Shown piece after piece: positions 23,881 through 35,700 of a stretch of 64,000 bases of DNA; the first letter of the stretch is position 1; each line of letters begins with the position of its first letter. The stretch is from Amphiscolops sp. MND2022 (lineage: Eukaryota). The translations under genes and the position numbers were made by a program. The notes under the pieces were generated by a model, which was given only the letters and a program-made list of their open reading frames with translations, did no database searches and had not been told where the DNA came from. The stretch is taken from NCBI GenBank assembly GCA_964187785.1, contig CAXLNC010001087.1, positions 186,001 through 250,000 on the forward strand. The letters are read 5' to 3'.

Positions 23881-26152
23881 ACCATTAGACCATCTATGTA
23901 CATAGAAAACGCAAAATTGGTGTGTCATAGGAAGTCTGAACTCCAAAATACGGGTGTACATAGAGAGTTTCTCAAGTTGGGAAGTTATATTCACACTGCA
24001 GCAAAAACAAATATAAACCATCAAATAGTGCCCAAATACAAGGCTGCATGCACAGAGTTGGAAATTTCCGTCCGCTGGTTAATGTGATAACCAACCACCG
24101 CTCAAGACACTCTATGACGTCGTTTTTTCACGCCGGAAACGCGTTTGCGCTGCCATTCTGTCTACCGCTCAACGAATTGCGTAATCAGGTATGTTTGTCT
24201 TCATTCCGAGACCTTAAACGAGCACTTTTAAATTTTAAGTTTTTTTGATATCTTTTCTTCAACGGTTTTTATTTTCACATTTCTACTAATGTATCAAAAA
24301 TTCAACAAGTGCAATTATTAGACAATTAATGGCACTTATATTACAAATAGGCCTCAGATCGAAAAACCAGCGTTATAAGAGGAATCTAAACTAGATGTGA
24401 GTTCAGAAAACATCGTTGTTGCCCCGGACACTCCACTGATTGGATTTCCAAGCCTTCGACCTGCGACACAGGCACTAATTGACAACATTTGTGAGTCAAA
24501 CCCTTGTTCACTGCAGGTGTTGGATTTACTCGACTCGGAAATTGAGGCAACTCCATCGTCAAAACTGGTTAATAATATTAGCTAAGGGCATGTAACGCAA
24601 ACTCCATCATTAAGCAAAACTTCTGTGCCAACTCCCAAAGCTGAACAAGCTGACAGGAAAAGAAAAAGAAGTAATGAAACCAAAACAGTAATTTTTTAAA
24701 CAGCGTCCATTTTGACTTTACATGCCGAGTTTCTTTGCCAGCACATCAGGGTGCCCGAAATTGCAGATTATGTTGTGAAAGGGAATCGTGTCGTAATGAA
24801 TTGCACCTTCAGTATGACGGGAACGCTATGTTATGACATCAAATTGTTTCTTTGTATTGTGAATGTTAATCATATAGCGTCTTACATGTTCAACAGAAAC
24901 TAGAAATTACACGGTACTACGGTTAATGCGAAGGAAACCCCCAGGACTGGTCAGACAGAGAGTCGGTCGAGGAATAAGATGAGATTAACTTTGATTCTCC
25001 TTATGTCTTTTTTTGGCGAAACTCGGTACTTACTCGACATTTAATCGACGAGTGATAATTATTGGACTCGCCTTGACGTAATCTGTCTTCTCAAAGGGCG
25101 TTTGGCTTGATGCCATTTCATATTTTTCCAAGAGCCAACTGCCGTTTTGGCATGCTAATCAATTTCGCAATTAGTCAGTTCAGTAAAAACATAACTGGAC
25201 ACTTCATCGGAAGTTTTTAAAAGAAATCAGGAAGCATTTACATTCGCGTTTGCTACATGACACACAATTAAAAATTGGTTGAATACGAGAAAAACATGCT
25301 TAAAAAACTAAAAACAGAACATTACTTGCACAATACGATGCCTAAACGTTGTTTAATTGATGTTAGTAAGCTTCATTGGGTTACAAATGCAAATAAAAAA
25401 GAGTTATAGCAAGAAATACCCTTGTCACGTAAGGACTGAAAATTAGTGCTCAAAATATTTCAAACCCAAACTTGAAAATGACACTCTCATTTTGGACTCA
25501 AAAGATACATTTCGTTTAGGTTTCACCCAATGTAAACATTTGTATACGTTTTGTTGCTCTATTTTAAACCGTTAAAAAGAAACAGAGTCAGAAAAAGAGC
25601 AATCGCAAACAAATGGGGGCTATTTTATTCATTAATTGTCCTATAATATTAGTTTTTGAGTCATATATTGTCTGATAATCAAGAACCAAAATCATCGAGA
25701 GTCTAATAGTTAAAAGGTTGAGACCGTCACCAGGCCATAAGTGTAGCATAAGAATTGATTAGAAACATTGTAGAATGCTGCTAGAACTGCTGTCTAGTAT
25801 GCGGAATGAAATGAACAACGAATGAGAAGCTGTGACGTCAGAATAAGATTAGGTCACGTGACCTCCGATAATCCTCGCTGGGCGGACAAAAAGCATCCAA
25901 TAATACCAAATAACACGTGATAAATGTTTTCAGCCTTGAAACAATTGTTAATCAAGAGTTAGACATTTGGAAAATATTGCAATTGTAATCTTATCACACC
26001 CAACTATGTTGGCATGTATTTTTTGAGAAACGAAACTCTTGCTGTTTTTAAATATTTGCGAGTTAATTTTTTCCGCTAGGACATAGAGAGTCTGGCATGT
26101 CACAGAGAGTCTGAATAATATTAAAAATTTGTACATAGAGAGTCTAATAAAA

Positions 26153-26153
<1 letters not shown>
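23880..26153 (+). mobile_element. E4: decayed relative of E2 in the opposite orientation
   Basis: Imperfect TIR ttagaccatctatgtaca / tgtacatagagagtctaa. The right end shares the gtgataagattacaattgcaa block with the E2 left end (inverted). Relic ORF 24397-24585 resembles the E2 N-terminus. Confidence 0.75.

Positions 26154-26196
<43 letters not shown>
26154..26196 (+). repeat. (ATT)n tract E
   Basis: Pure att run between E4 and E5. Confidence 0.97.
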
Positions 26197-28999
26197 GATT
26201 CTCAGACAATCAATGGCCATGGAAACAGCCTTTCTGAGGCGCCAGAGAGAGTCCGGCCCCTCAAAACGGAAAGCCAACGGGAGTCCTTAAGGATTGGATA
26301 GCTCTGTGCTCGTGACAATAACGTCACTGATTGCGTTTTAATTCGCTTCCAAAAGAAACGCTGCATACACGTGCGCAGCTTAATGGTTTCAGCGGTTTTG
26401 AAAATAACGAGTTTTGAAATTGGACTCTCTCTGGCGTTTCATGTTGCCATGTAATGTTTGTTTTCGGAGAAAATTAAGTGCTGGTCACAACTGCTAAAAC
26501 TGTTTAAAGAAAGTTGGTAGTGAATACAAAAAACACAAATGGCTATTGACAACATTTTTGAATGATTTCGATTTTGTTTTGGAGAAATACTAAAAATGCC
26601 TATAATCACTATTAAGTTTAGATAGTAATCAATAGACTTTGTATGGCTAGTGGAACTATATCATTGTTATCTGTTCGTTGATGTCGAAAATTGCTATCTA
26701 AAACAATCAATAAAAGCCCAATGTTTTAAATCCTCGCTTCCCCTAGTCTTTTAGCAGCTTTATAGATTTTTTCGAAAGGGTTAGAAGTGTTCCCAGACCT
26801 AACTATCAGATGTTTTGCGATGAATTTGCTGATCGCAAGACGGACACTGAAGTCGTTCAATTCAAGGTTAAATGCGTTGAAAATATGATGAATTTAGCGT
26901 TTAGATCAAGCGCCATCAACTCACCATCGAACCTGCAGCTTGCACAACAGTTCTGGTCACTGTAAGACTAAATATGAGAGAAAATTGGATTTTTCGGACA
27001 AAAAATTAGTTTGTGATTATAAAGACTCTCGTCGGCTACCCACTAATCAAACCCCGTTTTTCAACGAACGAAAATGGTGACTAAAAACAATCACAGTTTC
27101 GCAGAAAATTAGTGTTCGTATTTATTTCAACATTCTCAACCACATTTTAGAAGTCGCAAGAAGGCTGAAGTTGTTTGAAGCACAATAGATTACTTAAACT
27201 AGACGCCCTCAATGCGCCGGGATAATTTCCGCCTTCAATTGACTAACAATAGACGCTTAATCGAAAATTTACCTCCTTGGCAAAAAAACAATTTACTTCG
27301 GATGTAAATTCAATACCCGGATACAGCGCAATACTTTCGAACCTACGCTTCCTCTTTAGTAATACACAATTGTCTTCGGATATACCGTCAAAAGTTCAGA
27401 TATAGCGCAATTTTTCGAACGTCTGCCCCCTCCTTAGTAAAATGCAATATAGTTCGGATATAACGTCAAAAGATAGAATGGCTTATTACTTCACTTCGGA
27501 TATTACGAGGGAGAGTTCAATGAAATCAAAGAGGAAACCCTTGGAGACAAACAAATTTTCGAAAAAAACACAGCGCCGAAAAAAATGAAATCGGGATCCT
27601 TTAGTCTCGTCTGGTTTTGTAGGTTACGCTGAAAAGGTAAACATCAAAAGGGGACTCTTTGCAGTAAGTTTCCGCTGGCTGGGTTTGGCTTTAGTAGTTT
27701 TAGTCTGTGGTCTGGAGAAAAAAGATCTCTGTAAGAATCGGGCAATTTTTTTACACAAAAAGTGCTGACTAAAAACATTGTTTGTTCGCTCTTCTAATCT
27801 AATGAATCGCTTCAAATTAGTTGATCTTTGTTCGCACGGTCAACTGCATAACAAACGTAACAAACGAAGACACCTCTACTGTGACTCGATGTGTTCATTG
27901 CATATTGAAGACAATCAGACCAGAGACGGTCTCACCATGCGTTGAATATAAAAAATTTTTTAACATCTTCAAAATCAAAAAATTTGAATAAAAACTGTTT
28001 TCGGATACATTTCAGCATTACCGTCGCTCGTTTAAATTATAATAGGTAACCAAAAGGCCTAAACGAAAGATAAAATGTTGTTTTCAGGTTTTGCAATAGT
28101 GCACATTCATATGCGCACATTAACTTTCCGAGCAGGTTTCGGCTAGAAAAAGATGTAATAAACAATATTCAGTGTTTGTATCCCCTTGCCAGAAGAGCGA
28201 AGGTGATTTTTTTAAGTATAATTTTGTCCAAATTTGGTTCCGTGACTTTTTTATTCCTCATTCAATTTTGATGTCACAAGATTTTTTTTTTGATTTGTTC
28301 AAGTTAAAACTTCGTGGAGTGCTGACATGTCTACTTTCGAGAAATAAAATGGTTTGCCTGAAAACTATTTCCAGTTATACTATCCAGCCCAAAAAAGAAA
28401 ATGAGCATATCACACCTCTCGAAGAAGAGTTACGCACTTGTTTTTTTTATTTTGGCGACATTTAAAATGCATGTATAGCCAAAAAGTGTCTATTTATTTC
28501 GGCAATTTCCCATAGAGCGTCTATATATAACTGGTTTTACAGAACGAGTCCAATAATATCGTTTTTGGTGACTTTGAGATGCAAGCTAATTCGGTAAAAA
28601 CCAAGCAAACACGAGTGTAAGAATGTCCAAGCAAGTCGCACTTCGTATGCCATGCGACAGCCAATCAAAACACAAGCGCAATATTGCTTTGAAGTTCGCG
28701 CCATACATCAGTCCTGTTGTTACGCTTGTGTGGTATAGAGAGTCCTATTATAATTTTCTTTCCTGCTGAAAATGTTTGCATCCAAATCACCACTTTCTGG
28801 AGCCACGATCCATCTGAAATCATTTGCAATTGTAAACTTATCAATACCAACAACATATTCAAGCAATTGCCGTAACGTGAAACAACCATTTGGCTGATTT
28901 TGGTTCGATCAAAAAACGCAATGTACCAGAGAGAGTCTGAGGCGTTCCATAGCGAGTCCAAAAATAACTGTTTTGGCGCCATAGAGAGTCTGAGAATCC
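26197..28999. mobile_element. E5: 2.8-kb non-autonomous element of the same motif family
   Basis: TIR gattctcagac...gtctgagaatc (exact 11 bp, extending imperfectly to ~21 bp). Iterated ccatagagagtc/ccagagagagtc motifs near both ends. Confidence 0.75.

Positions 29000-29039
<40 letters not shown>
29000..29039 (+). repeat. (ATT)n tract F
   Basis: Pure att run between E5 and E6. Confidence 0.97.
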
Positions 29040-29041
<2 letters not shown>

Positions 29042-31642
29042 TTATACTACTCTCTATGGCAAAAAATCGATAATTATACTACTCTCTATAGCACCACAAA
29101 TACTCTCTGTGGTTCCAGCGAATTTTCGATGAAGTCAAATACTGCAAAGAAGCAATAATTAATTACTACAAAAGCCCAAAAACGCTTTCACCAATAGCAA
29201 GAACAATTTTTCATATTTTTCTGTTCGAGTCATGACGTTTTAAAACGGTTTTCAGACGCCCAAACATTTTCGATGTACCTTTTGTGAACTATCAGACTCG
29301 CTATGTCTAGCAAGCGGAACTGTCGGACGCGAATTGTAAACAAAATGGGAACACAAAATCGAACTAAACTCTCATTGGCTAATCGATATATCGTTGAAAG
29401 CAACTTCTCTCAACACTATTCCGATCGTGTGGTGGCCGTACAAGCTTGATATGCATCTACAAATATTATTAGACTCTCAGTGTAGAAAATTGAATTTAGG
29501 TTTATTATAAGACTTCCGTTGGGTAAATTGAAGTTACTATTGGAATTTTGTTGGCAAAGGTGATGAGTTTCCAACTACTCAAATCATCTTTTACTTTCAA
29601 ATTGATAGCTGAAACTTCAGCGATAGCTACAAATTATTATAGCCAAATATAATTCTGCCCAAATTATAACTAAACTGTTTCAAACTTCGTAACTGACAAA
29701 GCCAACAATAGCTTCAAAGAAATTGTTTATAAAAAGTTGAACTTCAATATTTTCAATTGAGCCAAAAATTGACATTTTATCTCTATTGTCTGCTTTTGTG
29801 AGTTCAAATTTCAATAACGCAATAATTCCCCAACCTGATTTTTTGAGTTTTCGAGAACGAGTATCGAGTTTTTTGATGAATTTCATTCTTTTTTGCGCAA
29901 AGTGACCAAACTTATCTTCTAGTTCATTTTGCGATTTCAGTCTCGTTTCGACGATATTGGGTAATTTCGTTGCATGGGGAGGTTGATACACGGTGTCTAA
30001 GTCAGTTGCCACAGCTCTAGAAGTTCGTTTTTGATTTAAGTCTATGTTTTCAGCTTTTTTCGTCTTTTTTTTTATTTCTATTGAAAATGTCTTGGTTCTC
30101 CTCAGAATTCTTTGACAACAAAACAATAGGCTGCAGATCTATTGAGGCGCTTCGAGATGAATGTTTGTTGTCTCAGATGCATATCTGACGCGTTTCTGCA
30201 AAAAAACACACTTTCCCGAGTTGACAAAAGTAATATAACGACGTTTTTTGTGAAATTTTGGACTATATAATTTCGGCATAAACACCAAACTGCTGATGTA
30301 TTCCAGCTAGTTCGAGCAAATAAAAGCGTCAATGATGTATATAATAAAACTCCCTAATTGAGGAATTTATCACAGCTTTCTAATCAGTAGTTTGCTTGCG
30401 ACAGTTTCGAGAAATCAACCGTCAAAGTATCTTCAGATTTGTAGCTAATGCCACTGTGTGTCTCATAAATATTGATCAGCACAAAAACCGAAAAACTGAT
30501 TTTTCCTAACAATTCGAGAAAATAAAAGCGCCAATGATGTAGTATAATGAAGCTCCTCAATTGGGAAATTTATCACAGCGTTCTATCAGTAGTTTGCTTG
30601 CGACAGTTTCTAGAAATCAACCGCAGCTACTGCCACAGTGTGTCTAATAAAAATTGATCAGCACAAAAACCGAAATGTGATTATTTTCCAACATTTCGAG
30701 AAAATAAAAGCCCCATTGATGTAGTATAATGAAGCTCCTGATTTGCAAAATTTATCACAGCGTTCGTTCAATAGTTTGTTTGCGACAGTTTATAGAAATC
30801 GGGGGTCAAAGTTTGCTCAGATTTGTTGCTTATGCCACTGGAAGTCTGATAAAAAATTGATCATAATAAAAGTCATAAAGTGACAATACTTCATTTTGAG
30901 CCAGTCGATCAGTCTGGTTTTTTGAACAGGGTCTCACTGAGTTGTGGGAAATCATTTTCAATGATTGTTTTTTAGGATTTGTTCCGGATTCTGAGAACAA
31001 AAACAATTTTTCCTTTTTAGGTCTTTCCTCACGATTTCGATATTAAGTTTTTGAGGTTGAATTTTATTCGTTTGCTTGCTTTGTGGAAATAATTGGTGGT
31101 ATCGAACGGAAAGTCATTCCAACGTTCAACTCAATGGGATAAAAGGTGTCATCTGAACCCTCTTCGTTAACGATTTTAGTCCCAGTTTTGTCATCAGCAC
31201 ACCAATCTAAGCGCTTTTGCCATGGGAAGTCCTATTGAAATTGATGTTGGTGTTGTGAGTAATTATGGTCGAATCACTATTTTGATCAAATTTGTTTCAA
31301 AACGCTTGAAGAAGTTTAAATATACAACTGTTATGTGATCAGAACAATAAAAACAATTCTACAAAGTATTGAAATGACATCAGAACCCCATTGAACGAAT
31401 AATCCTGGCCTGAATACTTATGACGTCACATGCCATAGAGTGTATAATTACGTAATGGTTATTCCTTTGTTACGCTGATAGCAGCGAGCTGCGCATATGC
31501 ATGCACTCTTAATTTTGGTAGGTAGTTAAATTGGTAATACTGCCGCTATCGTGGAAAATTCCTATAAAAGCAAATGTCCAAAACCACCTATGGCCAAGGG
31601 TAAATCGGCTCGCGGACTCTCTATGGTTCCAAAATTCTCGGT
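29040..31642 (-). mobile_element. E6: decayed relative of E2 in the same orientation; right end runs into a gap
   Basis: Left end has tactctctatggc, tactctctatagc and tactctctgtgg. Right end aaaaccacctatggcc...ggactctctatggttcc parallels the E2 right end. Relic ORF 29680-30126 resembles the E2 C-terminus. Confidence 0.7.
30319..30860 (+). repeat. Three diverged tandem copies of a ~190-bp unit inside E6
   Basis: aataaaagc..aatgatgta.tataat.aa.ctcc...tttatcacagc...gcgacagttt.agaaatc recurs at ~30319, 30521 and 30703. Confidence 0.8.
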
Positions 31643-31784
31643 NNNNNNNNNNNNNNNNNNNNNNNNNNNNNNNNNNNNNNNNNNNNNNNNNNNNNNNNNN
31701 NNNNNNNNNNNNNNNNNNNNNNNNNNNNNNNNNNNNNNNNNNNNNNNNNNNNNNNNNNNNNNNNNNNNNNNNNNNNNNNNNNNN

Positions 31785-32038
31785 GTACTTGTTGGTACAC
31801 TGTGTGTGTACGTATATATTCTTGTATAAATATATGTAATTATTAGTATTTATACATATGTAAATATAAATTTAGCTCCAAGCTGATTCAAAGTAATAGT
31901 TTATAATAGCAATAAATTAGTTAGTTGTTTGTTAGTTATTTCACTTGCCTTTTTCTGTTTCGGTCTAATTCCAATTTCCTTCTTCGTAGACCGCGCTTGT
32001 TGTGTGACAGGTTTCACAGCTTAGCTGGGGCTGTGACA
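31785..32038 (-). repeat. 3' LTR (visible part) of Gypsy 1
   Basis: Matches 46143-46392 apart from a few substitutions and a 4-nt indel; begins TGTCACAG on the minus strand. Confidence 0.9.
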
Positions 32039-32561
32039 GTCCTCGGCTTCGATGCGCTGTCTCATCTGGAAGGAGGAATTGGGATATCGACCTGATTGGG
32101 GTGTCAAACAAATTGGGTAGATCATCGCGCATTGAGTCGTAGGATCTCCATGAAGAATCCGAGTCCCAGTCGCTTCCTGACCAGTACCCTTCTGAGCTGC
32201 TGTATGGGCTCATGGGACTGCTGACGGTAAAGTTGGGGCTGTATCGGTCCGCAGGATTGAACCGCCGGATTGGGCTCACGAATTCGTCGTCTGGGATAAC
32301 CGGGTTATCTGTAGTGAACCTTCGTATCACTCCTTGTTCGTTTTCAACATTAATTGTATTTAGAAGCGGTTGTTCGTGAACAAGGACTACATGTATATCT
32401 TCCGTCTTGATTATTTCGTAGGTAATAGTATGCTGTGCTGTGTTGATGAGATTGTAATTAGGCGGCGGTGTACCGGGCCTTTGTCTTGGCTGCGCTGGTT
32501 GATCTCGGTCGAGAAGAAAAACGTCTTCATTTGTTTGATCGTTGGAATGGGAATTGTACAT
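31965..32561 (-). CDS. Hypothetical 198-aa Pro/Ser/Asp-rich ORF just before and into the 3' LTR
   Basis: ATG-initiated open frame in an otherwise AT-rich neighbourhood; no recognisable domain. Confidence 0.35.
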   Translation of the reverse strand: MYNSHSNDQTNEDVFLLDRDQPAQPRQRPGTPPPNYNLINTAQHTITYEIIKTEDIHVVLVHEQPLLNTINVENEQGVIRRFTTDNPVIPDDEFVSPIRRFNPADRYSPNFTVSSPMSPYSSSEGYWSGSDWDSDSSWRSYDSMRDDLPNLFDTPIRSISQFLLPDETAHRSRGLSQPQLSCETCHTTSAVYEEGNWN

Positions 32562-32787
32562 TTTATTTGATTGGCAATCTGATTGTCAGTTGAATAGGAA
32601 TATAACTGACTAATCTGCGTCCTGAAAATTTGTTCACACGATTTGTGTTGAGCTTTTGAATTGTTCAGTTGGCAGACTGAACAACTCTCCTTATATAGTA
32701 GATAACTTCTAGTATTAATATTTCCATTGATTTTACGCCACATCTTCTTTTTATTTTTCATGGTTTGTTATTTTCAGACAATTGATT

Positions 32788-35700
32788 ATGTGCTCGACTG
32801 AAGAAGATAGTGCATTATTGCACCGCAGTCGTGAAGCGGAGTTAGTCGAGAGTGGGGCGGAAGTTGAGTCTGTGGTTGAGTCAGTTGTCCGTGAGGGTAG
32901 AGAAGTGACTGTGGATGGCGACAAAAAGGAGGGTGGAGAAGCAACTGACGTTGGAATCTCTGCTGGTCATGGTTTTGGCGAGAAGGACAGTTCTGGAGGT
33001 GAAGGTCCTGGGCACTCGGACGGTGAAAGTTGTGTGGAGACCGTATCCTACCACTCGACTTGTAGTGAGGAGCGTCATGATCTGGACTACCTGGCAAGGA
33101 AGAAAGGTAAACTTTTCCTAGAAATTGATAGGTGGCCAGCCTTTTCTAGGTTACTTTGAACGCGTTCTTTTTCATCTACTTTTTGTAGCTACTGATGATG
33201 AGAGCGATGAAGATTATGTCCCCCCTAGTCAGACGAAATCTCAGAGCAGTTCAAAACAACGGACTAGTCGATTTCTGTCGACGAGTAGTGTGCGTTCTGC
33301 TAAGTGGGTGCGGCTGGCAAATGTAGTGGCTGGGTCCATTCCCAGGCCACCTGCTCTGGTTGATAGTTCTGGAGATGACTACATTCCTCCAACCGTCTCT
33401 GCATCCCGTACTCTTGAAAGTAGGTATTCCGTCTTCTTTCTTCCTTGGTTTAAAGTTGCTTGAGAAGGGTGCTAAGCGCATGTGTTCTGGTCTCTTGCGC
33501 ATACTTTTCGTTTTGTTTTATAGTCTCTGATCCAACTCCTAATACTGGGATGCAAGCTTCTGTGGTGCCTCGGGCTATTGCCTCCAGTGGCAGTGACGTT
33601 TTCGTTTGTGAGGAGGCACGTGATACCCCTGCTGTTGGGAGTGACCCGGCATCTGTGCTCGCTGACGAGGGTGTCCAGACGTCTCGGACGCAACATAGCC
33701 GTGATGCAATCGGACTGGAGCCTTCGGTCGTGTACAACGACTGGGAAAAAAGTATTGTTGAATGAGGTTGTTATTTTGTTGATGATTGCGTTTTCTTTAG
33801 TGATCGTTTCGTTGTATTGAACTGGGGAAATAATATACGGGTGGCTTGTACTTTATCTTCGTGTATTTTCAGTGGGTCTGAAGACTGTATCTCCTGGGTC
33901 GCCCATGATGATGTCTGCTGCCCAGTGCGTGATGCTCGCTCGTAGTGCTGCTCGGGCTGAGCGGACAGAGACTCTGAAGGAGACTAAGACCCTGGCAAGG
34001 CGTAAGTTGTTTTCTGAAGTTGTTTCATTTCTTTGTGTTCTCTGATTGTCTTCCGTCTGGTCTTGTGTTGTTGTCTAATTTTGTTTGTCTGTTCTACTTG
34101 GGTTGTTGATATTTCGTCATAGGATATTGGGTCATTCTTTGGTGTTGTATGTTGCAGAATTTGAAGAATTGTCACGGCTCTTAAAAGAGAAAGGGATCGA
34201 CGCAAGTGACCCTGGGCGCGTCCTGGATCCTGTGGAGGCGAAGAAGGAGCGATTGTTGGCCCGCGATGAAGAGCGGAAGAAGAAACAGACTGAGCGTCAT
34301 GTATTGGCTAAAGCTATGGTCAATCATCCAACTCCGCGTCTGTTCGTCAGCAGGCGTACTGACAAAAGCCCCAATGGTTTCAATTGTGCCGTTTGTCGGG
34401 AAGATGTCTCCTTCTTATCCCGGGGTCCCCGAGGCATCTAGAGGCATTTTAAGTACAAGGGGCATTATTTGAAAGACCGTCGCTACTGTCTGGACCATGA
34501 GGATGTTATTTACAGCGAGAATTTAGATGCCATCCTCGTTGCTGAGGTGTCTGCTGAATTACGAGCTGAAATTGAACTGACGCCCCCTGTCACTCTCGGC
34601 AGAATGAACAAGTTTGTGGAGGACGAGGTCGATGCACTGGTTGGCGTCCCTTCCAATGTACCGCCGACGACTCTCGTGGGATGCCTTTTCGAGTTGCTGA
34701 GGAGTGAAGGGTCACAGGTGTTCCTGCGTCGTCTCTGGTATCAATTTCGGACGACCTTGCCAGTGGAGAGTCCCTATGCTTCCGTGAGCTGGAGTAAGAC
34801 GGAGACTTTGGTTGTTATTGTCCAAACTCTTTTCCCTCGCGTTCTTCGACGTGTGAAATCGTGGCTGGGTGACAGTCCTTTTAGCTTGGCGCTGCAGTCT
34901 TCACTCTCAGGAGTGAAGTGTGTCGTCCGTTGCTGTCCCGACGATTCTGTACGTGAGATCTGTCTGGTTGATGTGGAGTTTGGCGGGGTCTCCTGTGAGA
35001 CGGAGATTCAGTGTTTGGCTCGAGTATGATCGCTTGTGCCAACTCGTCAGGGCCCCGTTTCCATCAAAGGTTGTCCTCCTGTGCTGTTCAATGCCTACGT
35101 GGATTGGTGCCAAGCAGTCTGTCGACCTGTTCCAATTGCTGCTATTGTCTTCGACTGTGATGTTCTGCGTCGTTTGATGCATGATCCTAGTTTTATGTGC
35201 GTTGGGTCAGTGGACCCCTTTGCGACTGTGGAATACTTGGTGCAGCGTCTGAAGCGAGTCCGACATCAAGCTTGGTTATTGAACTTGCCTCGATTCCGTA
35301 TGTGCTTGGAGTCTGGTTTCATACCTGCTGCCTCTTGGTGTGATGTCCAGGAGCTGCTGGATAATTGGTCAGATATCAAGATTTGCCTGTCAAATGATAC
35401 TCTCTTGATGAAGAAGAACGTTAACGTTGTTGATCTGGATTCGTTGTTGTGCTCGGATCGTTTGGGATTGCCTCGTCTTGCTTTATTGCATGTGGTGTTG
35501 CTGTGTTTCCGCTCTAATTGTAAAAAACAGTTTGAGTCTTCTGTGCGGGACTACGGTTGCAGGAACTTCAGTGATTTCTGTTTCTTCTATTGGAGTCTGT
35601 TGAGCAAGGTCAAGAAAGTCAGCCAATTGCCTTCAATCGATAAGTGGTCCGAGTATGTGTCAAAGCCGTTGAATAGTTGGGCCAATGTGACAGTTGCTGA

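Noticed and set aside
27225-27470. Similarity to 49485-49630
   Set aside because: An ordinary short dispersed repeat fragment; it does not define an element here.
13097-29039. Poly-Ile/poly-Asn ORFs (13097, 23797, 23809, 25948)
   Set aside because: These are translations of the (ATT)n tracts and element termini, not proteins.
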